A stretch of DNA of 64,000 nt from Octopus sinensis (GCF_006345805.1 NC_043022.1:14322001-14386000); one strand, 5' to 3'; counted from the stretch's first letter, positions 51,750 through 62,934 are shown. Notes: generated by a model from the sequence alone, not told the origin. Translations and numbers: made by a program.

Positions 51750-54682
51750 AACCCTTTTGATACCAACCTAGATGAAACTGCATCTGGCTATGTAATACAA
51801 ATGTCTTATTTTTATAAGTTTTCAATTAAAATCTTCCACCAAACCTTAGTCACAATTTATGTTCCTAACACTAGCTTAATGATAACTAAGTTATTTTACT
51901 AAATCGTTTGTTATGTTTAAAGTAATTGAAAGAAACACAGAGCATCTCAAAATAAATACAGTAATGAAAGGGTTAAATGCTTACAAGTGAATACTGTACC
52001 ACACTTGTGTTAGCAGTTGTAAATTTTTATAGAAATTGGATCCAGCACTGAAAGTTTCAAAACATTCTTCGAAAGATAGAAAACCAGAAAGAGAAAGAAC
52101 TGCTGCTTAATGCAGATACACCCATTACCTAATTACCAATTTTCAATCACATTGTTTACATAGATGTCATCATCATCATCATCATCATCATCATTGTTTA
52201 ACGTCCACTTTCCATGCTAGCATGGGTTGGACGATTTAACTGAGGACTGGCAAACCAGATGGCTGCACCAGGCTCCAGTCTGATCTGGCAGAGTTTCTAA
52301 AGCTTCATGCCCTTCCTAATGCCAACCACTTTGAGAATGTAGTGGGTGCTTTTACATGCCACTGGCACGAGGGCCAGTCAGGTGGTACTGGTAAAGGTGG
52401 CAAGCTAGCAGAAACGTTCGCACATCGGGCGAAATGCTTAGCAGTATTTCGTCTGCCGTTACATTGTGAGTTCAAATTCCGCCGAGGTCAACTTTACCTT
52501 TCATCCTTTCGGGGTCGATTAAATAAGTACCAGTTACACACTGGGGTCGATATAATCGACTTAATCCGTTTGTTTGTTCTCTCTGTGTTTAGCCCCTTGT
52601 AGGTAGTAAAGAAATAGATTTGACTGAGGACTGGCAAACCAGATGGCTGCACCAGGCTCCAGTCTGATCTGGCAGTGTTTCTACAGGTGGATGCCCTTCC
52701 TAACGCCAACCACTTCGAGAGTGTAGTGGGTGCTTTTACATGCCACCGGCACGAGGGCCAGTCAGGCGGTACTGGTAACGGCCACGCTCAAATGGTGTTT
52801 TTTACATGCCACCTGTACTGGCAATGACCTCGCTTGAATGTTTTTTTCATGTGCCAGTAAGGCGACGCTGGTAACGATCACACTCAAATGGTGCTTTTTA
52901 CGTGCCACCGGCACGGAAGCCAGTTAGGTGCTCTGGCAACGATCACGCTTGGATGGTGCTCTTAGCACTCCACTAGCATGGATGCCAGTCATCGAATTTG
53001 ATTTTGTTCACATAGATGTATTTCTATATGAAACCTTGTAACTTTCCCTGTTGGCTCTAATTTGTACTTAAAACCTGCAGAGGTAACTTTGAAAAGTAAA
53101 ATAAAAATGCTGTGAAAATCTAAATTCTAAGTAATTAGTATTGTTGTTGTTACTGAAGACATTTTCTCATTTCTCTCTCTCTATTTATCTCATTCTTTCT
53201 TTCTTTCTTCCAGGAATATGGTGATTGACATCATGAATATCAAAGGTTTGCCCTGTCACCCAGATTCCATAGACAATACTGTCGATGAAAATATCAAGTA
53301 AACGGAAATTCTTTAATTAAATTTCTTTTGCCATCCTCTTGTCTGCCTTAGAATTTTGCACCATCTTTTTGCACCACCCATGTTATTATATATACATATG
53401 CACAAAGGCGGCGAGCTGGCAGAAACATTAGCACACCGGGCGAAATGCGTGGCCGTATTTCGTCTGTCGTTACGTTCTGAGTTCAAATTCCGCCGAGGTC
53501 GACTTTGCCTTTCATCCTTTCGGGTTTGATTAAATAAGTACCAGTTACGCACTGGGGTCGATGTAATCGACTTAATCCGTTTGTCTGTCCTTGTTTGTCC
53601 TCTCTGTGTTTAGCCCCTTGTGGGTAGTAAAGGAATAGGTATTTTGTCTGCCACTACGTTCTGAGTTCAAATTCCGCCGAGGTCGACTTTGCCTGTCATC
53701 CTTTCTGGGTCGATAAATTAAGTACCAGTTACGCACTGGGGTCGATGTAATCGACTTAATCCCTTTGTCTGTCCTTGTTTGTTCCCTCTGTGTTTAGCCC
53801 CTTGTGGGCAGAAAAGAAATATATACATATGCACAAAGAGGAAGCAGCCCCCATACCGCCAACCCTACCAGGATAGCTTCTTTCCCTGAACGTAAACATT
53901 GAACATACACAACTCACAAACTCCACACATAGAAGAAATATGTCCCCCATGACAAACTACCTCAGCACACAAACATACGAACGACACACGGAATATAATA
54001 TAATGCAAATTTACCATGCTTCTTCTTCTATCCGCTCAGTGGAAGTCGACTCTTGCTCACTCGTTGGATCAGTGTCCTCCAGTCAGTTCTATCCTGGGCC
54101 GCTTCTTTCAGACTGGCTATGTCCATTGCGGTATCACTCTTGATGGTGTCAAGCCAGCGGGTTCTTGGTCGGCCTCTTCCTCTCTTGCCACTGACCATTC
54201 CGAGCATGATGTCCTTCTCCAGGGATTTTCTCCGCCATAATATGACCGAAATATGCCAATCTATGCTTGGTGATCCTAGCTTCTAGCGACATTTTCAGCC
54301 CTATCTGCTTAAGAACTTCTCCATTGGTGAGCCTCGCTGTCCATGGAATCCGCAAAAGTCTTCTCCAACACCAAAGCTGTTTTATCCCCCGCAAGTCAAA
54401 TCCAAGGGAGATAACAACTCAAAAGATGTCAGCCAAGAGTATCGCCCCTTGATTTATTGTTTTCTTTACTAGAATTCCAGTGAATCCATGAGATTTTGTT
54501 TTCGTCCAAAATGGAGACGGACACCATTCCTAGATGTGATCGGCTTGAAAAATTGTTGAGATATTAAGATATTTTTTCTGAACGTGAAACCAATGGTAGC
54601 CTTAATTCACGAATAAAGACACCAATGCAGTGTTGAGCCCTCATTCTTGTCGTCTGACATTTATGTGTGTATATATATATAT

Positions 54683-54714
<32 letters not shown>

Positions 54715-57700
54715 AATACACACACACACATACATATATATATAGTGTGGCTGTGTGGTAAGTAGCTTGCTTACCATCCACATGGTTCCGGGTTCAGTCC
54801 CGCTGTGTGGCACCTTGGGCAAGTGTCCTCTACTATAGCCTCGGGCCAACCACATTAATCAGTGTTATGTTTGTGGATTTCTGTGGAAATAACTCATTAG
54901 TACAAAACCCCAAAATGGGTTAATTAAATCCTTAAAAACTGTGCCTATAGAGGTGTTGTGATTTTTAGTTTTGATAACGTGATTTTGATTGTCTCAATTG
55001 CTGTTACATGCCTGCACTGCAACTGCGTGGAATTCCGTTCTGTTCGAGGCACGACGTGTTCAGTGTTGATTTTAGTCGAGAATGAAGCAACTCATTGCAT
55101 AAAAATATTATTGCGTTGAAGTTTGGTTTTGCTTACAATTTAGCAATCTTTGTTTGTGTTGTATGTTGCAGTATTTTTAGTCGATTAAAACCTTTTAAAA
55201 TTTGATATTCGAGTTTGGGTTTATAACAAGAGGCAGATAGAAACATGGGGAACAAGTGAAAAATCTTGACCTTGACTTTTTCCTGTCTTGTCCCCATTCC
55301 TGGTGGAATCTAGGCTCTGTAGCAATAACACAGTGGACCGCTGATCTACAAACAGCTTGACCAACACTTTTTCCATGCTACACTTCAATTCAATCACCAA
55401 ATGATAACCTTCACAGATAAATGCATGACCATCACAACCTCACATCTCTCTCTCTCTCCCTCACCCTGTTATAAATTTTAATTATGTATAATAACGATGA
55501 TGATTTGCCAACTTCAGGTTGTTTCATGATGAGGACAAAACCGATGTACACCATTCCAGTATTCCTCTCAACAATTTTCTGGTAGCCGTTGGCAACCTGA
55601 AATTCCGTGGCACCTCGATCCTCTTCCGCCTACCTCGCTCTGTTTACACTCACACCAAAAGGTAAGATGAACCCTTTACTATTCCAACTGACCATATCTG
55701 GAGCTGGGTGAAATGAAGTGTCTTGCTCAAGAACACAACATATCACCCAGTCCAGGAATTGAAACCACAATCTTACATCATGAGTCCCAACACCCCTAAC
55801 CACTAAGCTACATGCCTTCACTGTGCCAGTGGCACGTAAAAAGCACCATCCGATCGTGGCTGTTGCCAGCCTCGCCTGGCCCCCGTGCTGGTGGCACGTA
55901 AAAAGCCCCATCCGATCGTGGCCGTTTGCCAACCTCGTCTGGCACCTGTGCTGGTGGCACGTAAAGAGCACCATCCGATCGTGGCCATTTGCCAGCCTCA
56001 TCTGGCACGTAAAAAGCACCCACTACACTCTCGGAGTGGTTGGCGTTAGGAAGGGCATCCAGCCGTAGAAACATTGCCAGATCAGACTGGGCTTGGTGCA
56101 GCCTTCTGGCTTCCCAGACCCCAGTTGAACTGTCCAACCCATGCCTGCATGGGAAGCGGACGCTAAACGATGATGATGATGATGATGATGATACATACAT
56201 ACGTACATACACACACCCACATACACTCGTGTATACATGCATATATGCACAAGACATACATGTGTATATACATGCATCGCAAAGGGTTGAAAGATCCTTG
56301 CCAAACCACAGGCTCTATAAGATCAGTTTCCTGTATTTTGGGGGCTGTAGGATATATACCCCCACCCCATAACGGGACACCGGGCCATTGCAGGAATGCT
56401 CAATTTTGCCAGCTGAGTAGACTGAAGCAATGTAGAGTGAAGTGCTTTGCTCAAGAACACAACACAATCACTTACCCCTAATTGATGCACGTCCACTATA
56501 TATAAGGATCTCTCTCTATCCGCTCAGTCGAAGTCGACTCTCGGTCACTCGTTGGATCAGTGTCCTCCAGTCAGTTCTATCCTAGGCCGCTTCTTTCAGA
56601 CTGGCTATGTCCATTCCGGTATCCCTCTTGATGGTATCAAGCCAGCGGGTTCTTGGTCGGCCTCTTCCTCTCTCGCCACTGACCATTCCGAGCATGATGT
56701 CCTTCTCCAGGGATTCTCTCTGCATAATATGACCAAAATATGCCAATCTATACTTGGTGATCCTAGCTTCTAGCGACATTTTCGGCCCTATCTGGTTAAG
56801 AACTTCTCCATTGGTGAGCCTCGCTGTCCATGGAATCCGTAAAAGTCTTCTCCAACACCAAAGCTCGAATGCATTAATTCTCTTCTGGTCAGCTTTCTTT
56901 AGTGTCCAGGTCTTGCATCCATATGTTGCTATTGGGAAGACAATTGCATTCACCCAATCTGCATTTGGTAGCAAGTCTGATGTCTCTACTCTTCCAGACC
57001 CTGCTCATGCTGACCATTGCCTCTCTGCCTAGTACTATCCGCCGTCCTAATTCACTCTCTTTTTTTTCTTTTTTTCCACTTATTGTGATAGGTCCAACAC
57101 AGAAGTGACAAACCAAGATGAAAGTTTAAAGAAACAGAAGCTCTCCTATGATGGTGAGTCTAACCTAAACAATTTTTCCCCCCTTTCTCTTTCGCTGCTT
57201 TACATTGACCAACAGACAGGCCATAGATGGAGCATCGTACTAACGGCAATTGCATTAGTATTAATCACACTACAGCATCATATAGGAGGCGCAATGGCCC
57301 GGTGGTTAGGGCAGCGGACTCGCGGTCATAGGATCGCGGTTTCGATTCCCAGACCGGGCGTTGTGAGTGTTTATTGAGCAAAAACACCTAAAGCTCCACG
57401 AGGCTCCGGCAGGGGATGGTGGTGATCCCTGCTGTACTCTTTCACCACAACTTTCTCTCACTCTTACTTCCTGTTTCTGTTGTACCTGTATTTCAAAGGG
57501 CCGACCTTGTCACTCTCTGTGTCACGCTGAATATCCCCGAGAACTACGTTAAGGGTACACGTGTCTGTGGAGTGCTCAGCCACTTACACGTTAATTTCAC
57601 GAGCAGGCTGTTCCGTTGAATCGGATCGACTGGAACCCTCGTCGTCGTAACCGACGGAGTGCTTCCATCCACAGCATCATATTATTGATGGTTCTCAACA

Positions 57701-59325
57701 GTCTGGGAAACTTGCCAAAACTGGGATTATCTCGTGATTACTTCAGGATTTTTACTCGAGCCATAATTTATTTGCAATTAGCCGTTTTCTTTAATAAATC
57801 AATAAATTATACTGTTTGTGTGGTAAGTAGCTTGCTTACCAACCATATGGTTCTGAGTTCAGTCCCACTGTGTGGCACCTTGAGCAAGTGTCTTCTACTA
57901 TAGCCTTTGGGCTGACCAAATCCTTGTGAATAGATTTGGTGGAGGGAAACTGAAAGAAGCCCACAAATTGCACAATTGTGTCACATGTCAGATCTCGAAA
58001 TAATAGTAGGGCAATGTGAAATGAAGTGTTTTGCTCAAGAGCACAACACTCCATTTCCCTATGGCTGCCTATGCACGGGGTCAAAGGTGAAGACTTCCAG
58101 AGGCAGCATCCTTCACCTGTCCCTGTTGCTTCTTACCCTATCGCTACTGGACTTGTGAAATATGGGGGTGTTGGGGATGATGTCTTGGTCTTCTATACAT
58201 CTTGTATGATGAATATTCTTATAGTGGACATGGTTTCTGCAGAACCAATTCCATTTGCTCGTCCTTCAGCATCATTTCCCACCGATCTCTTGGTCTGGTG
58301 CAACAAGGACCACAAGCCCAGTAGCTATTAGGGTTCAGATATGAACCAGCAACACACAGCTGACAACCTCATCTGCCCCAGGACTGTGGAAAATAAACTG
58401 CACCCTATGGCTGCCTATGCACAGGGTCAAAGGTGAAGACTTCCAGAGGCAGCATCCTTCACCTGATCCCGGCCGCTTCTTTCCCTTTCGCCACAGGGTT
58501 TACAAAGGAAGTGTGATGCGGTCGGTGCGGGTGTCTTGGTTTGCTTTAACAACCTGCATAATGAATAATTATTGTAGCGGATACGGTTTGTGCAGAGATA
58601 ATCCCTTCTTACTCTCTTGTCCTTCAGATTTGGTATTGGTCTGATAAAACAAGGGCCACAAGCTTAGTAGCTATTAGGGTTCATCCATAAACCAGCTACA
58701 CACACAGCTGACAACCTCATCTACCCCAGGACTGTGGAAAATAAACTGCACCCTATGGCTGCCTATGTACAGGGTCAAAGCTGAAGACTTCTTCCTGTCC
58801 CCGTTGCTTCTTACCCTATCGCTACTGGACTTGTGAAATATGGGGGTGTTGGGGCTGATGTCTTGGTCTGCTGTACATCTTGTATGATGAATATTCTTAT
58901 AGTGGACATGGTTTCTGCAGAACCAATTCCATTTGCTCGTCCTTCAGATTTGGTATTGGTCTGGCGCAACAAGGACCACAAGCCCAGTAGCTATTAGGGT
59001 TCGTATATGAACCAGCAAATGACCTCTTTTGTTTTGTACCTGTCCACACATTAATCACACCAAATTTCTGTCTGTAGTCTCATCAATTATTGTCTGTTTT
59101 TCCCCATCTGAAATTTTTCACCTCTGCTCTGTCATATTTCTAATTACATACATACATACATACATACATACATCATACATACATACATACATACATACAT
59201 GTATATGCTAAGCATTTTGACCTCAGTGCTAACGGTTCTGCCAGCTTGCCACTTTCTGACACGTCATACATCTAATATGTATTGTAAAATCCTTACCTCT
59301 TGTGTGTCGTACGTCAAATACCTAA

Positions 59326-59356
<31 letters not shown>

Positions 59357-61887
59357 TCTGGCGTGTCTTAACAGATGCTAGTGACAGCGATGGTACTCAT
59401 GACACTTCGTGCAACAACAAAGCTGATCCTCTTCCAACGAAAAACTATGAACTTGCAACACACACCGTCAAAGTGCGACGGACCGGCACTCTGGCTGATG
59501 TAATGGCAATCTGGGATTTAGAAGGTAACTTACTCCAGCTGACATTTTACTGTCATTCTACTCTTTAACCCTTTCGTTACTGTATTTCTGTTGAGATGCT
59601 CTGTGTTTCTTTCAATTAATTTTAAATGTAAAGAATTTAGTAAAATAACTTAGTTATCATTCAGCTGATGTTAGGAACATAAACTGTGACTAAGATTTGG
59701 TGGAAGATTTTAATTCAAAACTTATGGAAACAAGACATTTTTACTACAGAGCCAGAGGCGGTTTCAGCCAGGTTGGTATCGAAAGGGTTAAGAATTGTTT
59801 CTCTATTATATATTTTAACCCTTTTGTTACCATATTTCTGTTGAGATGCTCTGTGTTTCTTTCAATTACTTTAAATATAACAAAGAATTTAGTAAAATAA
59901 TTTAGTTATCATTCAGCTAGTGTTGGGAACATAAATTGTGACTAAGGTTTGGTGGAAGATTTTAATTCAAAACTTAAGAAAACAAGACATTTGTACTACA
60001 GAGCCAGAGGCGGTTTCAGGCGGATTGGTAACAAAAGGGTTAAGAATTGTTTCTCTATTATATATTCTAACCTTTCGTTACCATATTTCTGTTGAGATGC
60101 TCTGTGTTCTTTCAATTACTTTAAATATAACAAAGAATTTAGTAAAAATAATTAGTTATCATTCAGCTAGTGTTAGGAACATAAATTGTGACTAAGGTTT
60201 GGTGGAAGATTTTAATTCAAAACTTAAGAAAACAAGACATTTGTACTACAGAGCCAGAGGCGGTTTCAGCCAGGTTGGTATCGAAAGGTTAAGAATTGTT
60301 TCTCTATTATATATTTTAACCCTTTTGTTACCATATTTCTGTTGAGATGCTCTGTGTTTCTTTCAATTACTTTAAATATAACAAAGAATTTAGTAAAATA
60401 ATTTAGTTATCATTCAGCTAGTGTTGGGAACATAAATTGTGACTAAGGTTTGGTGGAAGATTTTAATTCAAAACTTAAGAAAACAAGACATTTGTACTAC
60501 AGAGCCAGAGGCGGTTTCAGGCGGATTGGTAACAAAAGGGTTAAGAATTGTTTCTCTATTATATATTCTAACCCTTTCGTTACCATATTTCTGTTGAGAT
60601 GCTCTGTGTTTCTTTCAATTACTTTAAATATAACAAAGAATTTAGTAAAATAATTTAGTTATCATTCAGCTAGTGTTAGGAACATAAATTGTGACTAAGG
60701 TTTGGTGGAAGATTTTAATTCAAAACTTAAGAAAACAAGACATTTGTACTACAGAGCCAGAGGCGGTTTCAGGCGGATTGGTAACAAAAGGGTTAAGAAT
60801 TGTTTCTCTATTATATATTCTAACCCTTTCGTTACCATATTTCTGTTGAGATGCTCTGTGTTTCTTTCAATTACTTTAATATAACAAAGAATTTAGTAAA
60901 ATAACTTAGTTATCATTAAGCTAGTGTTAGGAACATAAATTGTGACTAAGGTTTGGTGGAAGATTTTAATTCAAAACTTAAGAAAACAAGACATTTGTAC
61001 TACAGAGCCAGAGGCGGTTTCAGGCGGATTGGTAACAAAAGGGTTAAGAATTGTTTCTCTATTATATATTCTAACCCTTTCGTTACCATATTTCTGTTGA
61101 GATGCTCTGTGTTTCTTTCAATTACTTTAAATATAACAAAGAATTTAGTAAAATAACTTAGTTATCATTAAGCTAGTGTTAGGAACATAAATTGTGACTA
61201 AGGTTTGGTGGAAGATTTTAATTCAAAACTTAAGAAAACAAGACATTTGTACTACAGAGCCAGAGAAGGTTGTAGCCAGGTTGGTAATGAAAGGGGTAAA
61301 ATCATTTTCATTATCATCATCAGCATCTTCTTACTTCTCTTGCTTATTGTTTTCTTCATCATAGATATAAGGTACAGCTGTGTGGTTAGGAAGTATGTTT
61401 CCAACCTCATAGTTTTGGGTTCCGTCCCACTGCATGGCACTTTGGACAGGTTTTTTTTCTACTACAGCCTCATACCAACTCAAAGCCCTGGGAGTGAATT
61501 TAATTGATGGAAACTGAAAGATACCCATTGTGTGTGTGTGTGTGTGTCTGTGTGTGTGTATGTGTGTGTGTGTTTGTTTGTGTGTGTGTGTTTGCATACG
61601 TGTTTGTGTGTGTGTGTGCTTATGTGTGTGTATGTGTTTGTGTGTTTGTGTGTGTGTCTGTGTGTGTGTGTTTGTGTGTGTGTGTATGTGTGTGTGTTTG
61701 TGTGTGTGTGTGTTTGCATACGTGTTTGTGTGTTGTGTGCTTATGTGTGTGTATGTGTGTGTGTGTGTTGTGTGTGTGTGTGTATGTGTGTGTGTTTGTT
61801 TGTGTGTGTGTGTATGTGTGTGTGTTTGTGTGTGTGTGTTTGCATACGTGTTTGTGTGTGTGTGTGCTTATGTGTGTGTATGTGTTT

Positions 61888-61926
<39 letters not shown>

Positions 61927-62169
61927 TATGTGTGTGTATGTGTTTGTGTGTTTGCGTGTGTGTGTATGTGTGTGTGTGTGTGAGGAAAACCAAGACAGAA
62001 TGAACAGCCAGAAGACATTTTGTGTTGAATGTATTTTTCTTTAATTTTGATTTCTTGAATTTCTTTGTAAACAACAGGGACAGAAGCTGTGAGTGCCTCA
62101 TCCACAATCCATTTAGAAGGGGACATGACGAGGTTCCAGAGAATGTCTTCAGTTGATTCTTTCAATCAG
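25497..62169 (+). CDS. Multi-exon gene (3'-incomplete in window): degenerate Nudix-like N-terminus plus EF-hand-like region; join 25497-25664,45233-45373,46965-47079,47290-47397,48544-48667,51163-51336,53214-53297,55518-55661,57092-57153,59375-59524,62078-62169
   Basis: Eleven GT-AG exons whose phases chain (0,0,1,1,2,2,2,2,1,1,0) into 1362 bp = 454 codons with no stop. Confidence 0.88.
27414..27745. mobile_element. MITE-like element with ~30-bp TIRs
   Basis: actttgtttcctcataactttctttaaaaa / tttttaaaagaaagttatgaggaaacaaagt. Confidence 0.65.
28354..28395 (-). ncRNA. Type I hammerhead ribozyme motif (U3:A8 variant), inverted unit
   Basis: Minus strand: GCTGCA-TTGAAAA-GGGG CAATA CCCC-GAA-ACGCGT-C-TGTAGC. 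Confidence 0.7.
28760..28801 (+). ncRNA. Type I hammerhead ribozyme motif (U3:A8 variant), unit 1
   Basis: Stem I GCTGCA/TGTAGC, core TTGAAAA...GAA, stem II GGGG/CCCC, palindromic stem III ACGCGT, GUC site. Confidence 0.72.
29098..29139 (+). ncRNA. Type I hammerhead ribozyme motif (U3:A8 variant), unit 2
   Basis: Identical to unit 1. Confidence 0.72.
29458..29500 (+). ncRNA. Type I hammerhead ribozyme motif (U3:A8 variant), unit 3
   Basis: As unit 1 with one extra C in loop II. Confidence 0.7.
29800..29841 (+). ncRNA. Hammerhead motif, unit 4, with A3 mutation (probably impaired)
   Basis: Core ATGAAAA breaks the 3:8 pair. Confidence 0.55.
30145..30233 (-). ncRNA. Hammerhead ribozyme (canonical core), sense to the Penelope-like ORF
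   Basis: Minus: TTTTAG CTGATGA GTACAGGAC...GTCCTTGTAT GAAA CGATTG TA CTAAAA. Confidence 0.8.
31653..31997 (-). pseudogene. GIY-YIG endonuclease C-terminal part of Penelope-like element
   Basis: R..NH.SSF, LS..IW.LK, W.I, CxLC, LLN, CxH motifs; the GIY/YIG strands are missing. Confidence 0.75.
31950..32040 (+). ncRNA. Hammerhead ribozyme (canonical core), inverted copy, sense to host gene
   Basis: Stem I TTTTAG/CTAAAA, CTGATGA 31956-62, stem II GTACGGGAC/GTCCTTGTAT, GAAA 32023-26, GUA site with cleavage predicted after 32034. Confidence 0.8.
32862..33270. mobile_element. MITE, second copy of 10487-10868 family
   Basis: Near-identical TIRs and interior. Confidence 0.8.
33452..33691. repeat. 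CpG-rich imperfect inverted repeat (~80-bp arms, AT-rich loop), MITE-like
   Basis: gtactatttaagaagagtgg...ctagtcgatcct / aggatcgactag...ccactctcgttaagtagtac. Confidence 0.75.
35205..35670 (+). mobile_element. RTE LINE 3' end (RT stop region plus UTR plus GAT tail)
   Basis: [17 protein letters not shown] then family UTR. Confidence 0.8.
36300..37347 (+). mobile_element. Tandem array of three piggyBac-type MITEs; third copy interrupted by an RTE 3' fragment (~36985-37325, -)
   Basis: Units TTAA CCCTTTCG...AAAGGG TTAA, constant spacer aata(t/c)a(c/t)aatagagaaacaattc; gcatc duplicated around the RTE insertion. Confidence 0.85.
38150..39335 (-). mobile_element. 5'-truncated RTE LINE (RT C-terminus 38800-39335 plus UTR with ~7 tandem ~60-bp units)
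   Basis: [14 protein letters not shown]...[17 protein letters not shown]...[12 protein letters not shown]...GRPRKTW. Confidence 0.9.
39380..39805 (+). mobile_element. RTE LINE 3' UTR fragment, inverted relative to previous
   Basis: Family UTR and GAT tail. Confidence 0.8.
40500..41250. repeat. Trinucleotide low-complexity tract (GTG/GAT then AGT/AGC)n
   Basis: Direct inspection. Confidence 0.9.
41470..41750 (-). mobile_element. Decayed LINE RT C-terminal fragment
   Basis: Minus reads [34 protein letters not shown]...RGRTLSY. Confidence 0.65.
43818..44455 (+). mobile_element. piggyBac-type MITE tandem array (~2.5 units); others at ~47511-48125 and 51749-51977
   Basis: Same unit and spacer as 36300-37347. 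Confidence 0.85.
45233..45373 (+). CDS. Exon 2
   Basis: ttctctttcag|TAC ATT...ACA TCA|gtgagt; [47 protein letters not shown]. Confidence 0.8.
46965..47079 (+). CDS. Exon 3 (Nudix-like C-terminal WFSLEEL)
   Basis: gatttcag|TCT CCT...AAA G|gtattt. Confidence 0.85.
47290..47397 (+). CDS. Exon 4
   Basis: ttcttccag|GC AGC...CTC G|gtttgt; [36 protein letters not shown]. Confidence 0.82.
48544..48667 (+). CDS. Exon 5
   Basis: ctctttcag|AA CAA...TTC AG|gtagag; [42 protein letters not shown]. Confidence 0.87.
49246..49377 (+). ncRNA. Minimal type I hammerhead ribozyme with long stem II insert
   Basis: ATCT CTGACGA GGCCT...AGGCT GAAA CAGCTG TA AGAT; palindrome ACAGCTGT; cleavage predicted after 49373. 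Confidence 0.72.
50777..51057. repeat. Near-perfect 281-bp hairpin (140-bp arms, 1-nt loop at 50917)
   Basis: Arms complementary with two visible mismatches; each arm carries a decayed hammerhead-like ctgaaaactcc...ggacgaaagcgct. Confidence 0.95.
51163..51336 (+). CDS. Exon 6 (EF-hand pair)
   Basis: cttcttcag|G GCC TTT GAT...TTT CG|gtaaat; [16 protein letters not shown]...[19 protein letters not shown]. Confidence 0.9.
52170..53005 (-). mobile_element. RTE 3' UTR with nested Deu/Nin-like SINE and internal duplication
   Basis: Family UTR sequence repeated at ~52235 and ~52620 around the SINE. Confidence 0.7.
53214..53297 (+). CDS. Exon 7
   Basis: tttcttccag|G AAT ATG...ATC AA|gtaaac. Confidence 0.85.
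54017..54378 (-). mobile_element. RTE/BovB-like LINE C-terminal fragment
   Basis: [22 protein letters not shown]...RLAYFGHIM. Confidence 0.85.
55518..55661 (+). CDS. Exon 8
   Basis: aacttcag|G TTG...AAA AG|gtaaga; KLFHDEDK...[30 protein letters not shown]. Confidence 0.88.
55820..56190 (+). mobile_element. RTE 3' UTR fragment (another at ~50090-50430)
   Basis: Family UTR plus GAT tail. Confidence 0.8.
56512..57052 (-). mobile_element. RTE/BovB-like LINE C-terminal fragment
   Basis: [32 protein letters not shown]...GRPRTRWLD. Confidence 0.88.
57092..57153 (+). CDS. Exon 9
   Basis: long pyrimidine tract...gatag|G TCC...GAT G|gtgagt. Confidence 0.8.
58067..59020. repeat. Three diverged ~340-bp tandem units
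   Basis: ccctatggctgcctatg..agggtcaaag.tgaagactt recurs at ~58067, ~58402, ~58751. Confidence 0.75.
59375..59524 (+). CDS. Exon 10
   Basis: cttaacag|AT GCT...GAA G|gtaact; ...[28 protein letters not shown]. Confidence 0.88.
59566..61300 (-). mobile_element. Seven-unit tandem array (~251 bp period) of piggyBac-type MITE
   Basis: Repeated TTAACCCTTT...AAAGGGTTAA units with constant spacer gaattgtttctctattatatatt. Confidence 0.9.
61528..61982. repeat. (TG)n compound microsatellite
   Basis: Direct inspection. Confidence 0.95.
62078..62169 (+). CDS. Exon 11 (last seen in window)
   Basis: gtaaacaacag|GG ACA...AAT CAG|gtaaca; [31 protein letters not shown]. Confidence 0.82.
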
Positions 62170-62571
62170 GTAACACGACACAAATCTGAATAAATTAGCA
62201 GCGTTTTCCCTCCATATATGGGCAGATGTGGGCGGGTGGTTAAGAAGCCTGCTTAAGAGCCATGGAGTTTTGGGTTCAGTTCCACTGCGCTGGCACCTTG
62301 GCCGAACGTCTTCTACTCCACAAGCCAACCGTTACCTTCTCAGTGAATTTGGTAAACAGAAACTGTGTGGAATCCTTTGTCTCTGTGTGTGTGTGTGTGT
62401 GGCACAAGTTTTCGTGAGTGGTAAGAAGTCCGCTTCCCAACCACATGATTCAGAGTTCAGTCCCACAGTGTGGCACTTTGGACAAGTGTCTTCTATAGTC
62501 TCAGGCTGACCAAAGCCTTGTGAGTGGAATTGGCAAACAGAAACTGAAAGAAGCATGTTGTGTGTGTGTAC

Positions 62572-62640
<69 letters not shown>

Positions 62641-62934
62641 GTGAGGGTAAATTGTCGCCATTTTATAATTTTAATTTCGTGCATGTGCATTGATTGTTTT
62701 TGATTTTGTCGACTACACAGTATAGTAGGGTCAGTTGGGCACCATCTGTGAGAAAAACAGCACCATGACACAATTCACTCTACCAGAAATTTAGAAACAA
62801 CATGCTGTACTGCTTGGCATTTGCACCGGAAGCTCCAATACGAACATTTCAGAGTGTTTGGGTAGCAATCTGAGGGCTTCTATGGAGAGAGAAAAAAATC
62901 AAACATCCAATCAACATCATGGTGTTTGGAGTGA

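Noticed and set aside
59697-61507. Repeated MVEDFNSKL... ORFs as a tandem gene family
   Set aside because: Incidental frames in the MITE array, which also occur in dispersed copies with disruptions.
61504-62044. Cys/Val-rich ORFs, and similar YI/LS/HT ORFs across the window
   Set aside because: Microsatellite translations.
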